A DNA stretch of 64,000 nt from Candidatus Methylomirabilia bacterium (GTDB lineage Bacteria > Methylomirabilota > Methylomirabilia > Rokubacteriales > CSP1-6): assembly GCA_041496385.1 (NCBI GenBank), contig JBGQEL010000012.1, positions 11,409 to 75,408 of the forward strand, in the 5' to 3' direction. Position 1 is the stretch's first letter; each line of letters begins with the position of its first letter. The position numbers and the translations under genes are program-made. Below the pieces are notes generated by a model, which saw nothing but the letters and a program-made list of their open reading frames with translations, searched no databases and was not told the DNA's origin. Positions 35,365-43,324 of this stretch are shown piece after piece.

Positions 35365-35949
35365 ATGCCGATCATCCTGACGCTGCTCCTCGGACTCGCC
35401 GTGGCGGGGACCGCGTGGGCCGGGCCGCTCGACGCGCCGGGCGCCGGCAAGACGCTCGTCTGCAGCGCCTGCCACGGCCCGAACGGCCAGAGCCCGTCCA
35501 GCACCATGCCGATCCTCGCGGGCATGGCGCCCTGGTCCTTCTCGAAAGCGATCCAGGACTATGCCGCGGGCCGGCGGCCCTCGCCGGAGATGGAGCCGTA
35601 CGCGAAACAGGTGCTTCAGTCCGGCCTCGACGAGATCGCGGCGTTCTTCGCGGCGCAGCCGCGGCAGCCGTCGGCCGTGCGGCCCGACGCCGCCGCCGTC
35701 GAGCGCGGCCGCGCGGCCGCCGCCCAGTGTGTCGTCTGCCATGGCGCGAACGGACGGGGCGACGCGGCCAAGGGCATTCCCGACATCACGGGACAGCCCG
35801 CGGGCTATCTCCGGAACCAGATGCTGCTCTTCAAGTCGGACCGGCGGAACCCGAACGACCAGACGCTCAAGGCCCTGAAGGCGCTCTTCGCCACGCTGCC
35901 GGACGCGCAGCTCGCGGACCTCGCGGCCTACTACTCGAGCCTCAGGTAG
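35365..35949 (+). CDS. dihaem cytochrome c (FccA-like partner of FccB)
   Basis: 194 aa; signal peptide; two CxxCH motifs (CSACH, CVVCH). Confidence 0.6.
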   Translation: MPIILTLLLGLAVAGTAWAGPLDAPGAGKTLVCSACHGPNGQSPSSTMPILAGMAPWSFSKAIQDYAAGRRPSPEMEPYAKQVLQSGLDEIAAFFAAQPRQPSAVRPDAAAVERGRAAAAQCVVCHGANGRGDAAKGIPDITGQPAGYLRNQMLLFKSDRRNPNDQTLKALKALFATLPDAQLADLAAYYSSLR

Positions 35950-35962
35950 TGCCGGCGCGCCG

Positions 35963-36748
35963 GTGACCGTCGCGTTCGGCGCCACCCTGGTCTCGCTCGG
36001 ATTCTGCGGCGCGTTCGTGGCGGGCCTGCTCGGCGTGGGCGGCGCGATCGTCATGATCCCCCTGGTGCTCTACGTCCCGCCGTTCCTCGGCGTCGGGCAG
36101 CTCGACGTCAGGGCGGTCGCGGGCGTGACGATGACGCAGGTGCTCGCCGCCGCCGCCGTCGGGATGCTGGCGCACCGGCGGCACGCCGCCGTGCACGCCG
36201 GGCTCGCCTGGGTCGGCGGGCTCGCGATGGCGGCGGGCTCGCTCGTCGGCGCGCTCGCCTCGGCGTATGCGAGTGACCGGGCGCTGCTGACGGTCTTCGC
36301 GCTGATGGTGACGGCGGCCGCGGCGCTCGTGTTCGTGGGCGCGGGCGGGGACGCCGCGCGGGAGCACGAGGCGCTGCTGAGCTTCAACCGGCGCCGCGCG
36401 GCGCTCGTCGCCTCCGGCGTCGGCCTGGCCGCGGGACTCGTCGGCGCCGGCGGCGCATTCCTGCTGGTGCCGCTGCTGCTCGTCGTCGTGGGCGTGCCGA
36501 TCCGGATCTCGATCGGCAGCTCGCTCGCGATCACGGCGCTGGCGGCGACCGCGGGGTTCGCCGGGAAGCTCGTGACCGGCCAGATCCCGCTGGCGCCCAC
36601 CCTCGCCGTCGTCGCGGGCGCGATCCCCGGGGCGCCGCTCGGCGCGATGGTCAGCCGGCGGATGCCCCCCTTCGGACTCCGCCTGACGCTGTTCGTCGTC
36701 ATCGTGCTGACGGCCGTGAAGGTGTGGCTGGATCTCCTGGGTCGTTGA
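35963..36748 (+). CDS. TauE/SafE family sulfite exporter-like membrane protein
   Basis: 261 aa; two 4-TM repeats with GxGGG-type motifs. Confidence 0.65.
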   Translation: MTVAFGATLVSLGFCGAFVAGLLGVGGAIVMIPLVLYVPPFLGVGQLDVRAVAGVTMTQVLAAAAVGMLAHRRHAAVHAGLAWVGGLAMAAGSLVGALASAYASDRALLTVFALMVTAAAALVFVGAGGDAAREHEALLSFNRRRAALVASGVGLAAGLVGAGGAFLLVPLLLVVVGVPIRISIGSSLAITALAATAGFAGKLVTGQIPLAPTLAVVAGAIPGAPLGAMVSRRMPPFGLRLTLFVVIVLTAVKVWLDLLGR

Positions 36749-36764
36749 CCCCTCGGGGAGGCTC

Positions 36765-38297
36765 GTGCGCTACGGATTCGTGATCGACCAGCGACGCTGC
36801 ATCGGCTGCCACGCGTGCACCGTCGCGTGCAAGGAAGAGAACCAGGTGCCGCTCGGCGCGTTCCGCACCTGGGTGAAGTACGTGGAGCGCGGGAGCTTTC
36901 CGCACACGCGGCGCTACTTCTCGGTCCTGCGCTGCAACCACTGCGACGCGGCGCCCTGCGTGACCATCTGCCCTACGGTCGCGCTCTACCGGCGGCCCGA
37001 CGGCATCGTGGACTTCGACGGCGAGCGCTGCATCGGCTGCAAGGCGTGCATGCAGGCGTGCCCCTACGACGCGCTCTACATCGACCCCAACACGCAGACC
37101 GCGGCCAAGTGCCACTACTGCGCCCACCGCATCGAGGTCGGGCTCGAGCCCGCGTGCGTGGTCGTCTGCCCGGAGCAGGCGATCATCGCGGGCGACCTCG
37201 ACGATCCTGCCTCGCGCATTGCCCAGCTCGTCGGGCGAGAGCAGGTGCAGGTGCGGAAGGCCGAGCAGGGGACGCGGCCCAAGGTCTTCTATCTCGGCGC
37301 CGATGCGGGCGCGCTGGTCCCGGCCCTCCAGGCGCCGGCGGAGAGTTACCTCTGGGCCCAGCGGCCCCAGGCCGAGGTGGATCTCGTGAGGATGGTCGTC
37401 GAGGCCGAGGCGGAGGCCGGCGACCCCGCCGGCGGTGTCACGCGGACGGTATACGACGTTCCCCACGCGCCGTTCCCGTGGGGGTGGAAGGTCGCCGCCT
37501 ACCTCTGGACCAAGTCGCTCGCGGGCGGCGCGCTCCTCGTCGGCGCGCTCGGCGTGGTCTCGGGCGGGGAGCCGACGGGCTTCCTGCTGGGCCTGGCCGC
37601 GCCCACCCTGGCGCTGCTCTTCCTGGCGGCGACGACGGCGCTCCTCGTCACCGATCTGAAGCGGCCGGAGCGCTTCCTTTATATCCTGTTCAAGCCCAAC
37701 GTCCGGTCGTGGCTGGTCTGGGGGACGTGGATCCTCCTCGCCTACGGCGCGGTCGCCGGGCTCTGGCTCCTCGCCGCGCTCGCGGGCAACGCCGCGCTCG
37801 TCCGGCTCCTGGCGTTGCCCGCCTTCGTCCTGGCCGCGGCGACGGCGGGCTACAGCGCGTTCCTCTTCGGCCAGGCCGAGGGCCGCGACTTCTGGCAAAG
37901 CCCGCTGCTGCTGCCCCAGCTCCTGGTCGGGGCTGCGGCCGCGGGCGCCGCCGAGCTCCTGCTCGTCGCGTTCGTCTGGCGCGTGGACCTGACGAGCCTC
38001 TGGGCGCTCAGCGTCATCATGGTCTGCGCACTCGGCCTGCAGGCGGTGATCCTCTTCGCCGAGCTCCTCGTCGCCCACGCCAGCGTGGACGCCGCGCGCG
38101 CGGCCCGGCTCATCACGCGCGGCCCCTGGCGGACGCCGTTCTGGGGCGGCGTCGTCGCGGCGGGCACTCTCCTCCCGATCATTCTCGTCTGGCCCAACCC
38201 CTACTCGGCGGCCCTCGGCGCTCTGCTGGTGCTGGTCGGCCTCTGGATCTACGAGGACGTGTGGGTGAAGGCGGGGCAGGCGATCCCGCTCTCGTGA
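36765..38297 (+). CDS. 4Fe-4S ferredoxin subunit fused to NrfD/PsrC-like membrane anchor
   Basis: 510 aa; N-terminal half with four Cys clusters (CIGCHACTVAC...CNHCDAAPC...CIGCKACMQACP...CHYCAHR) like PsrB/NrfC/SoeB; C-terminal half ~8 TM helices like NrfD/PsrC/SoeC. Confidence 0.75.
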   Translation: MRYGFVIDQRRCIGCHACTVACKEENQVPLGAFRTWVKYVERGSFPHTRRYFSVLRCNHCDAAPCVTICPTVALYRRPDGIVDFDGERCIGCKACMQACPYDALYIDPNTQTAAKCHYCAHRIEVGLEPACVVVCPEQAIIAGDLDDPASRIAQLVGREQVQVRKAEQGTRPKVFYLGADAGALVPALQAPAESYLWAQRPQAEVDLVRMVVEAEAEAGDPAGGVTRTVYDVPHAPFPWGWKVAAYLWTKSLAGGALLVGALGVVSGGEPTGFLLGLAAPTLALLFLAATTALLVTDLKRPERFLYILFKPNVRSWLVWGTWILLAYGAVAGLWLLAALAGNAALVRLLALPAFVLAAATAGYSAFLFGQAEGRDFWQSPLLLPQLLVGAAAAGAAELLLVAFVWRVDLTSLWALSVIMVCALGLQAVILFAELLVAHASVDAARAARLITRGPWRTPFWGGVVAAGTLLPIILVWPNPYSAALGALLVLVGLWIYEDVWVKAGQAIPLS

Positions 38298-38304
38298 GGC
38301 GCCC

Positions 38305-41133
38305 ATGAATCCGCGATCGCCCGAGCCGCTCCACCCGGCCGCCCGGGAGCTGGCCCCACCCGCGGGAGGCCTCGCGAGCTACCCGCCCGTCGAGCGCTGG
38401 GAGGATTGGGAGGAGTTCGATCCCGTCGCCTGGCCACGCAAGGTCAAGCGCCGCTACGCGCTGATCCCCACCATCTGCTTCAACTGCGAGGCCGCCTGCG
38501 GTCTGCTCGCGTACGTCGACCGGGAAACGCTCCGCATCCAGAAATTCGAGGGCAATCCCGCGCACCCGGGGAGCCGCGGGCGGAACTGCGCCAAGGGGCC
38601 GGCGACGCTCAACCAGGTGAACGACGCCGAGCGGATCCGCTATCCGCTGCGCCGGGTGGGCAAGCGCGGCGACGGGCGGTGGGAGCGCGTCACGTGGGAC
38701 GAGGCGCTCGACGACATCGCGGCGCGGATCAGGAAGGCCCTCGTCGAGGGCCGCCAGAAGGAGATCATGTACCACCTCGGGCGGCCGGGCCACGAGCTGG
38801 TCTACCTCCAGCGCGTGTTCCACGCCTGGGGCATCGACGGCCACAACAGCCACACCAACGTCTGTTCCGCGAGCGCGCGCGCGGGCTACGCCTTCTGGCA
38901 CGGCATGGACCGGCCCTCGCCCGATCACGCCAACGCGCGCTTCATCCTGCTCCTGTCCTCGCACCTGGAGACGGGCCACTACTTCAACCCCCACGCGCAG
39001 CGCATCATGGAGGCCAAGGCGCGCGGCGCCCAGGTCTGCGTGATCGACTCGCGCCTCTCCAACACCGCCTCGATGGCCGACTGGTGGCTCGCGCCGTGGC
39101 CGGGCTCGGAGTCGGCGCTGCTCCTCGCGATGGCGAGCGTCCTGATCCGCGAGCGGCTCTACGACCGCGAGTTCGTGCGCCGCTGGATCAACTGGGACGA
39201 GTACCTGCGCGAGGAGCGTCCCGACCTGCCGGTGACCTTCGAGGCGTTCGAGGCCGCGCTCGCCGCCCTCTACGCGCGCTACACGCCGGAGTTCGCCGCG
39301 CGCGAGAGCGGCGTGGACCCGAGCGCCATCGTCGAGGTGGCGCGCGCCGTGGGCCGCGCCGGCGGCGCGCTCGCGACCCACATCTGGCGCAACACGGCGG
39401 CGGGCAACCTGGGCGGCTGGCAGGTGGCGCGCGCGCTCGAGCTGCTCGTGGTCCTGATGGGCGCCGTGGGGACGCCCGGCGGCACCGCGCCCAGCGCCTG
39501 GAACAAGGCGATTCCCGCGCCGCCCCTGATGCCGCCGCCCGCGAAGGTGTGGAGCGAGCTCCTGATGCCGCGCGAGTACCCGCTCGCCTTCTTCGAGATG
39601 AGCTTCCTGCTGCCGCACTTCCTGAAGGAGGGCCGCGGCAAGCTCGCGATGTACTTCACCCGCGTCTACAACCCCGTCTGGACCAATCCCGACGGGATGT
39701 CGTGGATCGAGATGCTGACCGACGAGGCGAAGATCGAACGACACGCATGTCTCACACCGATATGGAGTGAAACGGCGTGGTTCGCCGATTTCGTGCTGCC
39801 GATGGGCCACGCCTCCGAGCGCCACGACCTCATGTCGCAGGAGACGCACGCGGCGCGCTGGATCGGGTTCCGCCAGCCCGTGCTGCGCGTGCTGCTCGAG
39901 CGGCAGGGACGGACCTTCGACCTGACCTGGCAGGCCCACGAGGCCGCCGGCCTGGGGCAGGTGTGGGAGGAGGACGAGTTCTGGATCGAGCTCTCCTGGC
40001 GCATCGATCCCGACGGCGCGCTCGGGATCCGCAAGTACTTCGAGTCGCCCTACCGTCCGGGCGAGAAGCTCCGCATCGAGGAGTTCTACCGCTGGATCTT
40101 CGAGCACAGCGTGCCCGGACTGCCCGAGGCGGCGGCGCGCGAGGGCCTCACGCCGCTCGCCTTCATGCGCAAGTACGGCGCCTTCCTCATCGAGGACCAG
40201 GTCTATCGCACCCACGAGCAGGCGCCGCCCGCGAAGGACCTCGAGGGCGCCGGCGTCGATCCCCTGACGAAGATCATCGCCAAAGGCGGCCAAGCCGTGG
40301 GCGTCGAGGTGGACGGGCGCGCGTGCCTGGGGTTCCCGACGCCGTCGCGCAAGCTCGAATTCTTTTCCAAGACGCTCAAGGACTGGCGGTGGCCCGAGCA
40401 GGCCGTGCCCGGCTACATCCGAAGCCACGTCCACTGGTCGAACATCGACCGCGGCCGCGGCGAGATGGTGCTGCTGCCGACGTTCCGCCTGCCGACGCTG
40501 ATCCACACCCGGTCGGGCAACGCGAAGTGGCTCTACGAGATCTCGCACACCAATCCGCTCTGGCTGCACCCCGAGGACGCCGCGCGCCTCGCGGTCGCCA
40601 CGGGCGATCTGCTCAAGGTCGCGACCGCGATCGGCCACTTCGTGGACAAGGTCTGGGTGACCGAGGCGATCCGTCCCGGCGTCGTCGCCTGCTCGCACCA
40701 CCTGGGCCGCTGGCGACTCCACGAGGACGCGGGCGGCGAGCGCTGGTCGACCGCGCTCGTGGACCTCACGCAGCTCCAGCCGGGCCGCTGGCTCATGCGG
40801 CAGGTCCACGGCGTCCGGCCGTTCGCGAGCGACGATCCCGACTCCGGACGGATCTGGTGGGAGGAGGCGGGCGTCCACCAGAACCTCACGTTCCCCGTCC
40901 AGCCCGATCCCGTGAGCGGCCAGCACTGCTGGCACCAGAAGGTGACCGTGACGAAGGCGGGACCCGACGAGCGCTACGGGGACATCTTCGTGGACACGAA
41001 CAAGTCCTTCGAGGTGTACCGCCAGTGGCTCGCCCTGGCCCGCCCCGCGCCCGGTCCCGGCCGGCTGCGCCGGCCGCTCTGGCTGCCGCGCGCCTTCAAG
41101 CCCGACGCCTCCGCCTATCGCATCGATCCCTGA
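38305..41133 (+). CDS. molybdopterin oxidoreductase catalytic subunit lacking Tat signal (SoeA-like sulfite dehydrogenase candidate)
   Basis: 942 aa; N-terminal FeS Cys motif (CFNCEAACG...C), Mo-bisPGD domain order, no RR motif, which implies a cytoplasm-facing enzyme like SoeABC; 8 nt after the FeS-NrfD gene. Confidence 0.7.
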   Translation: MNPRSPEPLHPAARELAPPAGGLASYPPVERWEDWEEFDPVAWPRKVKRRYALIPTICFNCEAACGLLAYVDRETLRIQKFEGNPAHPGSRGRNCAKGPATLNQVNDAERIRYPLRRVGKRGDGRWERVTWDEALDDIAARIRKALVEGRQKEIMYHLGRPGHELVYLQRVFHAWGIDGHNSHTNVCSASARAGYAFWHGMDRPSPDHANARFILLLSSHLETGHYFNPHAQRIMEAKARGAQVCVIDSRLSNTASMADWWLAPWPGSESALLLAMASVLIRERLYDREFVRRWINWDEYLREERPDLPVTFEAFEAALAALYARYTPEFAARESGVDPSAIVEVARAVGRAGGALATHIWRNTAAGNLGGWQVARALELLVVLMGAVGTPGGTAPSAWNKAIPAPPLMPPPAKVWSELLMPREYPLAFFEMSFLLPHFLKEGRGKLAMYFTRVYNPVWTNPDGMSWIEMLTDEAKIERHACLTPIWSETAWFADFVLPMGHASERHDLMSQETHAARWIGFRQPVLRVLLERQGRTFDLTWQAHEAAGLGQVWEEDEFWIELSWRIDPDGALGIRKYFESPYRPGEKLRIEEFYRWIFEHSVPGLPEAAAREGLTPLAFMRKYGAFLIEDQVYRTHEQAPPAKDLEGAGVDPLTKIIAKGGQAVGVEVDGRACLGFPTPSRKLEFFSKTLKDWRWPEQAVPGYIRSHVHWSNIDRGRGEMVLLPTFRLPTLIHTRSGNAKWLYEISHTNPLWLHPEDAARLAVATGDLLKVATAIGHFVDKVWVTEAIRPGVVACSHHLGRWRLHEDAGGERWSTALVDLTQLQPGRWLMRQVHGVRPFASDDPDSGRIWWEEAGVHQNLTFPVQPDPVSGQHCWHQKVTVTKAGPDERYGDIFVDTNKSFEVYRQWLALARPAPGPGRLRRPLWLPRAFKPDASAYRIDP

Positions 41134-41178
41134 TGATCGCTCGATTCGCCGTGGCGAACGGCGTATATTGACTCCGCG

Positions 41179-41670
41179 ATGACGGACGCATTCGACCTCA
41201 CGCGACGGACGCTGCTGGGAACGCTCGGCGTCCTCGGCGTGGCGGCGCTGGCGGGCGGCCTCGCGGCGCCCGAGGGCGCCGGCGCGCAGCAGCTCGGGCT
41301 GCAGGAGACGATCGACGAGGCCCTGAAGCGTGTCTTCGGCGGGCGGCCCATTAAGGACGGCTCGGGCGCGATCAAGCTCGATATCCCGGCGATCGCCGAG
41401 AACGGCGCGCTCGTGCAGACGGGCGTGACCGTCGAGTCGCCGATGACGCCGGCGAACCACGTCAAGCACATCTGGATCGTCGCCGACAAGAACCGGATCC
41501 CCGTCGTGTTCGTCGCGACGCTCACGCCGGAGGCGGGCCGCGCCTCCGTCGGCGCCACGATCCGGCTCGGCGAGACGGGTGACGTTCGCGCCATCGTGGA
41601 GCAGAGCGACGGCACGCTGCTCCAGGTGAAGCGCGAGGTCAAGGTCACCGTCGGCGGCTGCGGAGGCTGA
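41179..41670 (+). CDS. soxY: sulfur carrier protein SoxY
   Basis: 163 aa; Tat signal (TRRTLLGTLG); C-terminal GGCGG swinging-arm motif. Confidence 0.85.
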   Translation: MTDAFDLTRRTLLGTLGVLGVAALAGGLAAPEGAGAQQLGLQETIDEALKRVFGGRPIKDGSGAIKLDIPAIAENGALVQTGVTVESPMTPANHVKHIWIVADKNRIPVVFVATLTPEAGRASVGATIRLGETGDVRAIVEQSDGTLLQVKREVKVTVGGCGG

Positions 41671-41676
41671 GCGCGC

Positions 41677-42009
41677 GTGTCCGACATCGGCAAGGTGCGC
41701 ATCCGGATTCCCTCGAGCATCAAGCCCGGTGACGTCGTCCAGGCGCGCACGCTCGTCATCCACCCCATGGAGCGCGTCGAGCGCGACCGGCAGGGCCGCG
41801 TCATCCAGAAGAACTACAGCTACATCACCCGGGTGGTCGTGACCTACCTCGGCAAGACGGTCGTCACCTTCGACACGACGCAGGGCGTGAGCGAGAACCC
41901 GTTCTTCTCGTTCACGTTCCGCGCGACGGATCCGGGCCAGCTGAAGGTCCAGTTCCTGGACACGACGGGTGGCCGGTACGAGGGCACGACCGACATCACG
42001 TTCTCCTGA
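41677..42009 (+). CDS. soxZ: SoxZ
   Basis: 110 aa immediately after soxY; SoxZ-sized beta-sandwich protein. Confidence 0.8.
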   Translation: MSDIGKVRIRIPSSIKPGDVVQARTLVIHPMERVERDRQGRVIQKNYSYITRVVVTYLGKTVVTFDTTQGVSENPFFSFTFRATDPGQLKVQFLDTTGGRYEGTTDITFS

Positions 42010-42028
42010 CGGAGCGCGCCGGGCGTCC

Positions 42029-43324
42029 ATGCACGCGCCGCGCGCTCTGCCCTCGATCCTGCTGGCCGCGCTCGCTCTCGGCTGCGCCGCCGCCACCGAG
42101 CGTCCCGCCGACGGCGTTCCGGCCTGGACCACGCGCGCGATCCCCGAGGCGCGCGGCGACGTCCGCGTGGCGCCGGATGGCACGCGCGTCGCGATCCGGT
42201 ACCGCGGCTGGACGACGCGCGACTTCGGCGCCTTCCGCACCTACGCCTACGACGACACGCGCCCCGAGCCGCGCGTCGCGCGCGCGGCGGCGCCGTCGGG
42301 CGTGACGGGCGACGCCGCGCGCGGGCGGCGCCTCTTCCTCGACCGCGCGAAGGGCCCGTGCACCGGCTGCCACCTGGTGCCGGGTGACGACGTCTGGCCC
42401 GCCGGCAACGTCGGCCCCGATCTCTCGACGCTCGGCGCTCGCGACCTCGCCGACGCGTACCTCTACCAGCAGCTCTTCGACCCGCGCGTGACCTTCCCGA
42501 AGACCTCGATGCCGCCGTGGGGCGCCGCCGGCGCCTTCACGCCCGCCGAGCTCGCGGACCTCGTCGCGTACCTCCAGACGCTCCGCGGGCCCGTGCCGCC
42601 CGAGCGCGATCGCGACCGCGACCCCGCCACGCGGGGCAAGCCCCCGGGCTTCGGCGACAACCTCGATCCCACGAACAATCCGGCCGTGCTGCTGGCCGAG
42701 GACGCCGAGGCGCGCTGGGCGTCGCCGGGCCCGGCGGGAAAAGCGTGCGCGGGCTGTCACGAGGGAGGGCCCGCGCGGGCGATGAAGGGCGTCGCCACGC
42801 GCTACCCGAGGCACGTCCCGGCGTGGCGCCGCGTGATGAGCCTCGAGGACTTCCTCGAGGTCCACGGCCCCGGGACGACCGGGCGCGCCTACCCGCTCGA
42901 GTCCGCCGAGAACCTCACGATGACGATCCTCGTCAAGATGGCGTCCAACGGCCTGCCGCAGGCACTCGACACGACCAGCCCCGAGGCGCGGGCGGCCATC
43001 CGCCGGGGCCGGGCGACCTTCGAGCGTCGCGTCGGCGAGCGCAACCACGCGTGCGCCGACTGTCACACGCCCGAGCACGGCGCCGGACGGTTTCTCGGCG
43101 GCCGTCTGCTGGCCGACGTGAGCGCGGGGCTCACGCGCCACTTCCCGACGTGGCGCACGAGCCAGGGCGAGGTCTGGGACCTGCGCAAGCGCTTCCAGTG
43201 GTGCATGACGCCGCTCGGGGCGAACATGCTCGCGGCCGACGCGATCGAGTACGCGGAGCTGGAGCTCTACCTGGCGACGTTCGACGTCGGCAAGCCGCTG
43301 AGCGTCCCCGGGATCCGCCACTGA
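42029..43324 (+). CDS. SoxXA-like trihaem cytochrome c (apparent SoxX-SoxA fusion)
   Basis: ORF 41969..43324; signal/lipobox-like start at ATG 42029 (MHAPRALPSILLAALALGCAA). Three CxxCH motifs (CTGCH, CAGCH, CADCH), consistent with a monohaem SoxX-like N-terminal part plus a dihaem SoxA-like part. Confidence 0.6.
   Translation: MHAPRALPSILLAALALGCAAATERPADGVPAWTTRAIPEARGDVRVAPDGTRVAIRYRGWTTRDFGAFRTYAYDDTRPEPRVARAAAPSGVTGDAARGRRLFLDRAKGPCTGCHLVPGDDVWPAGNVGPDLSTLGARDLADAYLYQQLFDPRVTFPKTSMPPWGAAGAFTPAELADLVAYLQTLRGPVPPERDRDRDPATRGKPPGFGDNLDPTNNPAVLLAEDAEARWASPGPAGKACAGCHEGGPARAMKGVATRYPRHVPAWRRVMSLEDFLEVHGPGTTGRAYPLESAENLTMTILVKMASNGLPQALDTTSPEARAAIRRGRATFERRVGERNHACADCHTPEHGAGRFLGGRLLADVSAGLTRHFPTWRTSQGEVWDLRKRFQWCMTPLGANMLAADAIEYAELELYLATFDVGKPLSVPGIRH

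Noticed and set aside
38179-42240. 1353-aa minus-strand ORF antisense to the Mo subunit/soxYZ region (and similar long antisense ORFs such as 308..1879, 3312..5615, 29352..31436, 51720..54017, 58313..60814)
   Set aside because: Arg/Ala/Gly-dominated low-complexity translations with no domain motifs, each lying opposite a well-supported sense gene. GC3-rich coding regions generate long stop-free antisense frames.
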